A stretch of 64,000 bases of DNA from a virus. The position numbers were made by a program, and so were the translations under genes. The notes beneath the pieces are model-generated. The model saw only the letters and a program-made list of their open reading frames with translations, was not told the origin of the DNA and searched no databases. Below are positions 31,301 through 40,229 of the stretch, piece by piece. Within the stretch, counting starts at the first letter, position 1. Every line of letters begins with the position of its first letter. The stretch is from the IMG/VR virus record IMGVR_UViG_3300018481_000003, positions 1 through 64,000 of that record; one strand, 5' to 3'.

Positions 31301-33721
31301 ATGCCCATTACCTACAGACGGCCAGGCGTCTACCTGGAAGAGAGCCTGTTAGTCAACAGCGCTGACACAGCATCGACCTTCACGGTCGGCTGCTTCATCG
31401 GTGTTGCCGAGAAAGGCCCCATCCTCAACCCGACCCGTGTGGACTCATGGTCGGACTACGTCACGGTGTTCGGCGGGTTCAACCCGATCACGCCGCCAGC
31501 GCCATCCGACCCCAATGACATCACCACGGAGTCCTTCGGCACGATCAACTACGAGGATCTCCTCACGTTGCAGTCCGACACGACCAACGGCAACGGCCAG
31601 TTCCCTGGCGATCCGTTCACGGCTGGGCAGTACGTCAAGCTCCACGACGGTTCCAAGGCGCACTACCTACTCCCGACTCTGTCAACCGTCCGCACGACGG
31701 CGGCACCGAACCAGATGTTTGCTGCGGACGCCGACATCACCGAGTCGAGTGTGACCTCTGCGGCTCGGATGGGTGTCGCTACCAACGAGACTCAGACGCT
31801 GACACCCAGCGCCACGCTGACTGCTGGTCAGTTCAAGTTGGTCGTCCGTGGGGTGACGACCGCCGACATCGCTTACAACGCTGCGGCTGCCACCATCCAG
31901 ACGGCGATCCTGGCAGTACTTCCCAATGCCGGGGGTGCAACGACCACTGTGACCGGCACAGGAACGATTGCGTCGTCGGCACAGACGGTGACCTTCGCCG
32001 GTTACGGCGTTACGGACCCCATCACGGTGCTTCCTGGTACCACTCCGCTCGTCGGAGGCACGATCAACGTCGCCACGACACTTGAGGGCACCGGGGGCGA
32101 GGGCTTCGTCGCCGCTCCAACGAGCGCTTGGACGACCGGCCAGAACATTTGGGTCGGGGACCACGCCTTCTACTGGAACGGCACGTCATGGCAGCCAGGT
32201 ACTGCCGGTGGAGGCCAGGCCAAGGAGAACTCTGGTTCCTGGGTGGCCAACGCCTTTCCCGGTACGGGAGCGACCGTCCCATCGATCACAAAGGTCCTCT
32301 CATACCTGCCTTTCGCTGTGTACTCGTACTTCCAAAGTGGCGGGCGCACTTGCTGGGTGGTCAGGGCCACTTCGACTTCGGAGTCCGAACAAGGCGTCTC
32401 AGCGTCCGTTTCGGTCAACGGTCGAGAGCCTGCGACGAGTCCTCTGCGGTCCTTCAACATCAGGGCGCTGTCGGCAGGCACCTGGGGCAACAAGATCAAG
32501 TACACCCTGGGTACGCAGTCAACGGTGGGGGTTGCCCCCAACGCTGACGATGTCTTCGCTATCCAGGTGTTGGTGGAGAACGCCGAGGGCTACGACGAGG
32601 TGGTCGAAACCTTCTCCGGTCTTTCGGTGAAGGGTGAGATCCCCGGTTCCCGGCGAGCCGATGTCGTGATCAACGATCCGGCTTCCGGTTCGCAGTACAT
32701 CAGGATCACCGACATCAACGAGGAACAGGGACAGCCGGACGACACCAGCGAGGCTGTGGCTTTGTCGGGTGGAGAAGATCCGTTCATCCCGGACGCTTCT
32801 GGCCTGGTGGCGGCAACGTCAGTTACGGCTCAGATCGAGGGGCCGATGATGGTCAACATCGTCGGGTATCACAACGATGTCTCCAAGATCAACACCGACC
32901 AGACCAACGTGTCCTACGTCTCAGCCACCGTGCCATCGTCGGCATGGCCTGACCGCCAAGACGTGTTCGTGGTCAACGACTCGGCCCCGCCCCGCATCCC
33001 CAACCAGCCTTCGGCTGGCTACAAGACCACGATCCAGACGACCCTGGCGGTCAACACCGGAGACTCCTACAGCGCCTCGTACGCTCCGTGGATTCTCGTC
33101 CCCCATCCCCAGCGGTTGGGTGACGTGGTCGCTATCCCGCCTGGTGGTGGAGTGATGGGCGTTGCGGCCAGGACGGACGCCACGGTCGGTGTGTTCCGGG
33201 CACCTGCTGGAGTCATTGCCAGCATCTCCAACGCTGTCGGGGTCCAGGCCAAGTTCACCGACACGGAGTTGGGCGACCTCAACTCGTCCAACATCAACGT
33301 CATCCGTTCGGTGGTCGGCTCGGGCATCTGCGTGATGGGCGCCCGCACCCGCAAGACCTACGGGGCCGACCGCTACATCAGCGCTCGTCGCACGCTGATC
33401 TACATCAAGGAGGTCTTGAAGCGGACGACCCAGTTCGCCGTGTTTGAGAACAACGACCAGCGACTGTGGTCGTCGCTCACGATGGCGGCGGATCGCATCC
33501 TCCGTCCGTTGTGGGATGCCGGTGGACTCAAGGGAGCCAACTCCACCGAGGCCTACTACATCCGTTGTGATGATGTCCTCAACTCCCCATCGGTCATCGC
33601 CTCTGGCGAAGTCCGCATGGAGATCGGCGTGGCCCTCCAGTATCCAGCGGAGTTCGTGATCATCCGCATCACCCAATACGACCGTGGCTCGTTCACGGCT
33701 GAGGTCGTCCCGGCGACGTGA
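31301..33721 (+). CDS. tail sheath protein (806 aa, with a large insertion)
   Basis: N-terminus MPITYRRPGVYLEES.. and the C-terminal region ..FRAPAGVIASISNAVGV..NINVIRSVVGSGICVMGARTRK..RYISARRTLIYIKEVLKR..FENND..LW.. are canonical sheath motifs. SD AAGGAG. The tube gene follows. Confidence 0.9.
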   Translation: MPITYRRPGVYLEESLLVNSADTASTFTVGCFIGVAEKGPILNPTRVDSWSDYVTVFGGFNPITPPAPSDPNDITTESFGTINYEDLLTLQSDTTNGNGQFPGDPFTAGQYVKLHDGSKAHYLLPTLSTVRTTAAPNQMFAADADITESSVTSAARMGVATNETQTLTPSATLTAGQFKLVVRGVTTADIAYNAAAATIQTAILAVLPNAGGATTTVTGTGTIASSAQTVTFAGYGVTDPITVLPGTTPLVGGTINVATTLEGTGGEGFVAAPTSAWTTGQNIWVGDHAFYWNGTSWQPGTAGGGQAKENSGSWVANAFPGTGATVPSITKVLSYLPFAVYSYFQSGGRTCWVVRATSTSESEQGVSASVSVNGREPATSPLRSFNIRALSAGTWGNKIKYTLGTQSTVGVAPNADDVFAIQVLVENAEGYDEVVETFSGLSVKGEIPGSRRADVVINDPASGSQYIRITDINEEQGQPDDTSEAVALSGGEDPFIPDASGLVAATSVTAQIEGPMMVNIVGYHNDVSKINTDQTNVSYVSATVPSSAWPDRQDVFVVNDSAPPRIPNQPSAGYKTTIQTTLAVNTGDSYSASYAPWILVPHPQRLGDVVAIPPGGGVMGVAARTDATVGVFRAPAGVIASISNAVGVQAKFTDTELGDLNSSNINVIRSVVGSGICVMGARTRKTYGADRYISARRTLIYIKEVLKRTTQFAVFENNDQRLWSSLTMAADRILRPLWDAGGLKGANSTEAYYIRCDDVLNSPSVIASGEVRMEIGVALQYPAEFVIIRITQYDRGSFTAEVVPAT

Positions 33722-33738
33722 GCAAGAAGGAGTAACAC

Positions 33739-34359
33739 ATGCCCACAGCCCCATCCCTTGCTGACCGGACCCGCCTCCGTGCCGATCCCGTCCGCAACTT
33801 CAAGTTCCAGGTCCAACTGTTCCACTCCGATGCGAAGCTGCAAACGCAGATCGCAGAGATGGGCTTCATGACGGTGGAGGGCCTCTCGATGAACACCGAG
33901 ATGGTTCCCTACCGTGAGGGCGGCTGGAACACCAACCCACACAAACTCCCCGGTCTGACGGACTTCGCCCCACTTTCGATGAGTGCTGGCGTGTTCCACA
34001 CCAAACCGGGCATGTGGAATCTAGCGAAGCAAATGTTCTCCGTACAGTGGGGACAAGGAACCATCGGCTTCGGTGAAGAGTTCCGCTACGACATGGCCGT
34101 ACGTGTGCTCGACCACCCGGTGACTGACGGAGCGGCCTCTGGTTCGACCCGTGACACCTCGGGGTCGATCGTCGCCTTCGCCTTCTACAACTGCTGGACG
34201 GCGTCGGTGGGCTTCAACGGACTCAACGCCATGGACAACTCGGTCCTCATTCACCAGATGACCGTCCACCATGAGGGCTTCGACGTGTTCTTCGGCAACG
34301 CCGACGCGATGAACCTCCGTCATGGAGCCACCCAAGGGGTGCTTCCCGCATCCCGATAG
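33739..34359 (+). CDS. tail tube protein (T4 gp19 / contractile-injection-system tube family)
   Basis: ..VRNFKFQVQL..MGFMTVEGLSMNTEMVPYREGGWNTNPHKLPGLTDFAPLSMSAGV.. matches the conserved tube pattern. SD AAGGAG. Lies directly after the sheath gene. Confidence 0.85.
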   Translation: MPTAPSLADRTRLRADPVRNFKFQVQLFHSDAKLQTQIAEMGFMTVEGLSMNTEMVPYREGGWNTNPHKLPGLTDFAPLSMSAGVFHTKPGMWNLAKQMFSVQWGQGTIGFGEEFRYDMAVRVLDHPVTDGAASGSTRDTSGSIVAFAFYNCWTASVGFNGLNAMDNSVLIHQMTVHHEGFDVFFGNADAMNLRHGATQGVLPASR

Positions 34360-34385
34360 TCCACTATCACACAGGAGAATGAATC

Positions 34386-35216
34386 GTGACCGACGTAGCT
34401 GAAACGTCTTCCGAAGAACTGATCGACAAACAGCAGTCGCTCGCCAACGCCAAGCAGGCCATCGCTGGTCCGACCCCTCTCATCGAGGACTCACCGGACA
34501 CAGCGATGGTCCTGCCTCGCGGTCTGTACGTGAGCGGAACCTTCAAGCGCCAGGCTGTCGTGCGTGAACTGACCGGCGTTGACGAGGAACAGTTGGCCAA
34601 GTCCAAGGACAACTCCAACATGTTCGACCTGGTCATCGCTCTCGGGACCGTCAGCATCGATGACTTCGACCTGACAGCGATGCCGGTGGTCGAACGGCAG
34701 ACCTGGCTCCGCATGCTGCTCCTGGGCGAGCGGGACCAATTGTTCCTGGCGATCAGCAAGGCGACCTTCGGGGAAGGCCGAACGATCAACTTCACCTGCT
34801 CGATGTGCAACGAGGCCCAGGAGACGGAACTCCTGTTGTCGGAAGACTTCAAGCCCAAGGAAGTAGACCCCTCGTTGTCGATGGAGAGTTTCGAACACAC
34901 CACGGCGAGGGGCGACGTGTTGATCGTCCGGTTGGTGACCGGTGAGGATCAGAACGAGGCGTTCACCCGTAAGGGCGCTTCGATCCCTGAGCAGAACACG
35001 ATCATCCTGTCTCGGTGCATCACGAAGTTGAACGGTGGCCTGGTGCCAGACCCGACTGGATACGCCAGGGCGTTGTCGATCAAGGACCGTGAACTACTGC
35101 TTGCCGAGATGGTCAGCAGGCAACCATCCATCGATTTAGGGGTGTCCACTCAATGTGCTGCATGCGGTGCCGACCAGACGCTCAACCTCAACTGGGGGTT
35201 GATCTTTCGTTCCTGA
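34386..35216 (+). CDS. tail assembly chaperone candidate with two CxxC pairs (276 aa)
   Basis: GTG 34386 lies 8 nt after CAGGAG. Sits between the tube and tape measure genes. Contains CSMC and CAAC pairs (zinc ribbon). It is followed by a coding-like +1 frame extension. Confidence 0.6.
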   Translation: MTDVAETSSEELIDKQQSLANAKQAIAGPTPLIEDSPDTAMVLPRGLYVSGTFKRQAVVRELTGVDEEQLAKSKDNSNMFDLVIALGTVSIDDFDLTAMPVVERQTWLRMLLLGERDQLFLAISKATFGEGRTINFTCSMCNEAQETELLLSEDFKPKEVDPSLSMESFEHTTARGDVLIVRLVTGEDQNEAFTRKGASIPEQNTIILSRCITKLNGGLVPDPTGYARALSIKDRELLLAEMVSRQPSIDLGVSTQCAACGADQTLNLNWGLIFRS

Positions 35217-35361
35217 CGAACAAGCCCTCTACCTTCAATACGACCATCTCTCGACGGTTTACCCCGGCTGGACGCTGACTGAGATCCGACTGATGACCAG
35301 AAGACAACGCCAGTACTGGCTGAAGTTGGCCAAGTGGAAGAGAGAGAAGTCTCTTGGCTAA
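35209..35361 (+). CDS. +1-frame extension of the chaperone (predicted frameshift product tail, 50 aa)
   Basis: The +1 frame is open only from 35203. It has G/C-rich third positions (VPDEQALYLQYDHLSTVYPGWTLTEIRLMTRRQRQYWLKLAKWKREKSLG*) and no start codon before ATG 35293. It ends 8 nt inside the tape measure gene. Confidence 0.5.
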   Translation, partial: VPDEQALYLQYDHLSTVYPGWTLTEIRLMTRRQRQYWLKLAKWKREKSLG

Positions 35362-38344
35362 CACACCGCCGATTCAGGAACCCAACGCTGCTGGCAACCG
35401 GCCCAGTGGACTGTGGACTCCAGGGAGCATCGCCTCAGGCGTCAACATCGACCTGCCCGGACTGACCCAGGCATCCACACAGATCAACTCGGTGACCTCG
35501 GCCCTCTACGGGTTGAAGGCAGCGCTGCGGGATGTCGGCTCGGGCAGCTACATGTTGGCCCAGGGCGTCAACAATCTGTTCCAAGGGATCACCAGATCCG
35601 CACAGCAAACGGCTAGCGCTATTACCGGGGTATCACAAGCTCTTGGCTCGGTATCAAGTGGTGGCGGTGGCGGCACCAGTGGTGGCGGTGGCGGCACCGC
35701 TGGTGCTGGTCGTGGTGTCCCAGCGTGGGTTGGCCAAGCCACGACCAGTGCGGGAGCAGGATCGGCAGCAAGTGGCGGGGGAGGCCCGACAGCACCGCCA
35801 GGGAACATCAGTCTCACGTCCTCGATGCTCGGGATGAACCCCTCTGCTGGTGTCGAGCCGAGTTTCTGGAAGAACCTGGCGCTGTTCCCGCTGCGGTTCA
35901 TCAGGGACCAGGTTGATATCAACAGGCAAACGGCATTGTCCACGGAGACAGCGCTGAGTCGTACGGCCTTTGCCTCGGGGGCCAACTTCACCGACGTGTA
36001 CAACCAACTGTCTCGGCGCCCCGGCAACATCCAAGGAACTGTCGCTGATCTGAACACGTTGTTCGCCAATGCTCCTGGCTACGGGGCGATGTACAACTTC
36101 GCTGGTGGAGCTAACGCTCCCCGTACTGCTGGGTATCTGGCTGGAGTACGGGAAGCTCAGATGATCACTCCTGGGGCGCCCGTCGCTCAGATCGCTGGGA
36201 CGATTGGTGGTCAAGCCAGCAATGTGGCTTCCCAGCAGGCGGCTCAGATGCTGACAGGCGGCGCATTCGGGATGATCAAGTCCGGGGGTGGTCAGAAGTC
36301 TCTGACGGAGTGGGCCGAGAGCGTGCTCAAGTGGTTGGAGGGTATGCGCGGTGGGCCTGATCGGGGGAAGCCGTTCGACTACGGCCAGTTGATCGCCCAG
36401 TACTTCCCTGGCTCCAACATCGACGCCTGGTTCGAACAGACCGGCGTCAGTCAGGACATGCGGGAGTACTGGTGGTCCTACGCCCTGCGTAAGGCTCAGT
36501 CCTTTGCCGGGACGAGTCAACAGGGCCGGATGGAGATCACACCTTCTGGTGGTACCACGCCTGCTGGCGGGGTGATGTGGAACCGGCTCAAGGCCACGTC
36601 GCAACTGACGACGGGGCAGTTTGGACTGGCTAGCCAGATGGCCGGTGCCTACTCCAACAAGGAGCAGGCCAACCAGTGGTTCAACCGACTGATGTCGGAC
36701 TTCACCCGCACGATGGTCCCCAGTGCAGTCGGCGCAGGCAACCTCAACTTCATGCAGTTCCTCCCCGACACGGTGGAACAGATGTTGATGCAGTTGCTGG
36801 AGCGCAGCGGCAAGGCGGGAACTGGTATTGGGGCGATGCTCGGGTACGGAAATCTGTTTGCGGATAAGGCAGACCAGAGTGTTGCTAGTTCTCTGCTCAG
36901 TGGTGTTTGGGACTTCTTTGAACCCAATATTGACATACCAGGTATCGATGTTTCTGACATCCTTGGTGGAGCCTATGACTTCGTCATGCCGAACTGGCCT
37001 TGGGGTGATGTCGGTGACGTAGGCGACAACATGTACTCGACGACTGGTGGCACCGGCACTGCTGGGATGCACCCCGACATGAAGCGCAAGGTCGGCAAGA
37101 TGATGAAGGCCAACCCACGCCTTCGTATCAACTCCGGTCTGCGTGACAACCGCATGCAACAGACGCTCAAGAAGCGTGGGGTCGGTCGTGTCTCTGGTAA
37201 GCCGTCAGCACACACCAGAGGGATGGCAGCCGACCTCGGCCCGCCCAGTCAGTACAACTGGCTCGTCAAGAACGCCTCCAAGTTCGGCCTCAAGTCAGGA
37301 GTTGGCGCAGGTGAGCCGTGGCACGTCGGGATGGGCGACGTGGAGGGTGTTGGCGACGTTTGGGATGACTTCCTCAGCGCCTTCCCACTGCTCGGTGGTT
37401 TCGAGAACATCATCACCAACGAGAATCGTCCTGAGGGAACCATCTCTGGTGTCTCCACCGTCGTCAACACTGTCTTCGATCTGCTTCGTGGAATGTTCAC
37501 TGGCAGTGATGCCTCGGCGACTGATATCTCATCAGGACTGGTGCAACTTCCTGACCTCTTCTCCCAGTTGATGGCCAAGTCGGCAACGTGGGGGACGGTT
37601 GGCGGGATCATCGCCACGAACCATCCTGATGCCGATACCACCACCTCCTCTACCTCTACTGACTCTGACGTTTCTGTTCTGAGTTCTGATGATAGTCCTG
37701 GCACGGTAACACAACAGGGCATCAACGCAGCGAAGGCCCTGTACAACGCTGGGTTCAAAGAGAAACTTGACCTGACGAAGATTGTCGCCATCGCCAAGCG
37801 GGAGTCAGGTTGGGACCCAACCCAGGAGAACCCCAACGGTGAAGACAAGGGCTTGATGCAGATCAACATCAAGGCCCACAGGGACCGGATTGCTTCGTTG
37901 GGTTACTCCAGCGCTGACATGATGAACATCCAGAAGAACGCCAACACCGCCTACGACATCTACTCCGACTCTGGCAAGAGCTTCATGGCGTGGAACTTCT
38001 CTGAAAAAAGTATCCAGTGGGGTCTGCCTCCTCGTCCTGGTTGGGCACCTGCTGATAACCAGGCCAGGGGTGGAGGGATCGCCAGTCCCTTCATACGGAC
38101 GAACCTTGAAGAAGCGGGGAATGTTGTCGAAGCAGCGGATCTTCCAGGTCTTGGAGACATCGAACAGGGCTATCTCCCGGTAGCCCCGAGTACTCCACGG
38201 AACGGTGCGCTGTTGCAGTTCAACAACACCTTCCACATCTCAGGCAATGGTGGCGGCGGCGGCATCGATTTGCGTCGCACTGTGACAATGATCGCTGACC
38301 ACCTTGAGGACGAGATGAACAACCGACTGCTGAGGGCAAGCTGA
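35354..38344 (+). CDS. tape measure protein with an M15-type peptidase domain and a lytic transglycosylase (SLT) domain
   Basis: 996 aa, TTG start, Gly-rich and helical regions. Peptidase M15/VanY-like segment ..RINSGLRDNRMQQTLKK..SAHTRGMAADL..GEPWHVG.. at ~37060-37335. SLT-like segment ..AIAKRESGWDPTQENPNGEDKGLMQIN..AYDIY.. at ~37715-38000. Confidence 0.85.
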   Translation: MANTPPIQEPNAAGNRPSGLWTPGSIASGVNIDLPGLTQASTQINSVTSALYGLKAALRDVGSGSYMLAQGVNNLFQGITRSAQQTASAITGVSQALGSVSSGGGGGTSGGGGGTAGAGRGVPAWVGQATTSAGAGSAASGGGGPTAPPGNISLTSSMLGMNPSAGVEPSFWKNLALFPLRFIRDQVDINRQTALSTETALSRTAFASGANFTDVYNQLSRRPGNIQGTVADLNTLFANAPGYGAMYNFAGGANAPRTAGYLAGVREAQMITPGAPVAQIAGTIGGQASNVASQQAAQMLTGGAFGMIKSGGGQKSLTEWAESVLKWLEGMRGGPDRGKPFDYGQLIAQYFPGSNIDAWFEQTGVSQDMREYWWSYALRKAQSFAGTSQQGRMEITPSGGTTPAGGVMWNRLKATSQLTTGQFGLASQMAGAYSNKEQANQWFNRLMSDFTRTMVPSAVGAGNLNFMQFLPDTVEQMLMQLLERSGKAGTGIGAMLGYGNLFADKADQSVASSLLSGVWDFFEPNIDIPGIDVSDILGGAYDFVMPNWPWGDVGDVGDNMYSTTGGTGTAGMHPDMKRKVGKMMKANPRLRINSGLRDNRMQQTLKKRGVGRVSGKPSAHTRGMAADLGPPSQYNWLVKNASKFGLKSGVGAGEPWHVGMGDVEGVGDVWDDFLSAFPLLGGFENIITNENRPEGTISGVSTVVNTVFDLLRGMFTGSDASATDISSGLVQLPDLFSQLMAKSATWGTVGGIIATNHPDADTTTSSTSTDSDVSVLSSDDSPGTVTQQGINAAKALYNAGFKEKLDLTKIVAIAKRESGWDPTQENPNGEDKGLMQINIKAHRDRIASLGYSSADMMNIQKNANTAYDIYSDSGKSFMAWNFSEKSIQWGLPPRPGWAPADNQARGGGIASPFIRTNLEEAGNVVEAADLPGLGDIEQGYLPVAPSTPRNGALLQFNNTFHISGNGGGGGIDLRRTVTMIADHLEDEMNNRLLRAS

Positions 38345-39894
38345 TGCCGTACCGCTACGGAATCAAGAACCAGTTCCGGCCAACCTCGCTGGCGCCCAAC
38401 GCCTATGGGTGGACCTCTTCTCCGCAGTACAACCGTGCCGACGTGCCGACTGGGTTGATGGATCGACCTACCAACATCTCGGCTGAACAGTTCCTCCAGC
38501 AGTTCGCCTACGAGTGGTTCGACTCTTCGAACGTTTCTACGGGGGCAGCCTCCCAGAATGCTGCTGCTTCTGCACGGGGGTCCTTCTCCAACCCGCCGTT
38601 CGTCAGTGGGGCAGCCGGTCGTCTACACCCGGCGTTGCAGTCAGGAAGCGGCTCGCCAGCCAGGATTCTGCGTGGGTTCATCCGCCGTGCCCAACATGAA
38701 GCGGGGGACAACCTCTCCAGGGCCAGGCTCTACTTCATGTACAACCCCGAGATCATCTCTCGGGATTACGTGAGCTATCTGGAGCAGGGCGCCCTCGATC
38801 CTTTCAATACCGTGTATCAGAGCGGCAACTTGGTAGCCCCACCATCGATCCTTGACTTCTCGTTCGAACTGTTCTTCGACCGCCAGGAAGAGGCCACCCA
38901 GGTCAACCATCCCGGTGTCTTCGTGGACTACCAGTTCTTCGACCTCGTCGTCCGCAACGTCGTGCCTTCCGACCCCAACCAGGCTAGTAACACACTGCCA
39001 GACAACGGCTTGATGATGGTCAACCCCAGGGACATCACCGTTGTGTTCTCACCACAGATGACGATCCAGGGTCGGCCCCTCAACGCCAGGGTGACCTTCG
39101 AACGTTTCACCCACCGGATGACTCCGACCCGTATGCGGATCGCTCTGACGATGCGTGCCGTGTACATGGGGCCACTCAAGGAGATCACCGAGTACCGGGC
39201 TGAGTCCTTCCCGGCAGAAGCCTCGATCCCCTTCGGTGAGTCCGAAACCTGGACGTCCACGATCACTATCGGTGAGATCAACCAGATCGAGCAGGGTGGG
39301 CCTGTTGACAGTGACACCGAGGATGACTACTACGAGCAACTGGATATCTCTAACGAAGGCAACGGCGCCGTACGGGCGAAGGCGCTCAACTGGGCCAAGG
39401 GAATTGTGGTACCTGGAGAAACCAGGTATGTCGATGGCAACTCTGGATCGGCTCGCTGGAACCTGCCTGCTTCGGCTGACTGTTCTGGACTCGTCACCGC
39501 CTCCTACACGGCGATTGGTGCGATGCAGGAGGTGTTCGGCACCACACAACACATCGGCACTGAAACAATGCTCGGGAACTGGCAAGGCAACGGCTACAAG
39601 AACGTCAAGAGGTTCTCGTATGAGGATATCACAACAGGAAGGAAGCTGACCTACGGTGACCTGTTGATCAGACCAGGCCACGTCATGTTCTTCGACTCCT
39701 ACTCGTCGGATGGGAAGTTCAACATCTTTGCGGCCCAAAGCGCAAGCAGCAACCCACAGGTCGGGCCGCACAACGGGCAGAACCTCTCAACCACCGCCTA
39801 CATCGGCATCAGTCCACGCCCTGTCGGGGCCAACGGTAACGCCAATGCCGCCAACTCGGCTACGTCACTGAACACCACCAGGGCGACACTCTGA
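38344..39894 (+). CDS. baseplate-associated protein with a C-terminal NlpC/P60 endopeptidase domain
   Basis: 516 aa with a TGATG overlap. The C-terminus ..ASADCSGLVTASYTAIG..YGDLLIRPGHVMFFDS.. carries the NlpC/P60 Cys and His signatures. Confidence 0.75.
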   Translation: MPYRYGIKNQFRPTSLAPNAYGWTSSPQYNRADVPTGLMDRPTNISAEQFLQQFAYEWFDSSNVSTGAASQNAAASARGSFSNPPFVSGAAGRLHPALQSGSGSPARILRGFIRRAQHEAGDNLSRARLYFMYNPEIISRDYVSYLEQGALDPFNTVYQSGNLVAPPSILDFSFELFFDRQEEATQVNHPGVFVDYQFFDLVVRNVVPSDPNQASNTLPDNGLMMVNPRDITVVFSPQMTIQGRPLNARVTFERFTHRMTPTRMRIALTMRAVYMGPLKEITEYRAESFPAEASIPFGESETWTSTITIGEINQIEQGGPVDSDTEDDYYEQLDISNEGNGAVRAKALNWAKGIVVPGETRYVDGNSGSARWNLPASADCSGLVTASYTAIGAMQEVFGTTQHIGTETMLGNWQGNGYKNVKRFSYEDITTGRKLTYGDLLIRPGHVMFFDSYSSDGKFNIFAAQSASSNPQVGPHNGQNLSTTAYIGISPRPVGANGNANAANSATSLNTTRATL

Positions 39895-40229
39895 TGGCCA
39901 TCCACCCCAACTCCCGGTACATCGATAGCGAACAGCATTCGGCAGTGCGCCACTACTACGACCAGTTCGGTCGCCCTCTGATCGAGGACCAGTCGGGCAA
40001 CCTCCGCTACATCTACACGTCGGCCACCGCTACGTACCTGCTCAACACGTTGCCGTTGCCTCCACCGCCACCTGCTGAGTACTACGTCAAGGAAGACGAG
40101 CACATGCCTTTCTTGGCGTACAAGTTCATGGAGAACTCAGCCCGGTGGTGGGAGATCGCTGAGGTCAACCCGAAGGTTTGGTACCCACTCGACATGAAGA
40201 TGGGTGACTACGTGAGGATTCCGTCGTGA
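39894..40229 (+). CDS. LysM-like tail protein (P2 gpX-like)
   Basis: 111 aa. The C-terminus ..DEHMPFLAYKFMENSARWWEIAEVNPKVWYPLDMKMGDYVRIPS has a LysM-like pattern. It sits between the tape measure block and the hub gene. Confidence 0.6.
   Translation: MAIHPNSRYIDSEQHSAVRHYYDQFGRPLIEDQSGNLRYIYTSATATYLLNTLPLPPPPPAEYYVKEDEHMPFLAYKFMENSARWWEIAEVNPKVWYPLDMKMGDYVRIPS

Noticed and set aside
35654-37159. Very long minus-strand ORFs: 35654..37159 (501 aa), 52304..53422 (372 aa), 53893..54897 (334 aa), 12171..13100 (309 aa), 15015..15935 (306 aa), 48842..49714 (290 aa), and others.
   Set aside because: Each lies entirely antisense to a plus-strand gene that has recognisable motifs (tape measure, SF3-like, capsid, collar fibre, and so on). 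Their translations are Arg/Gly/Pro/Val-rich and low-complexity, typical of shadow ORFs in GC-rich DNA. None has an SD or sits in an intergenic gap.
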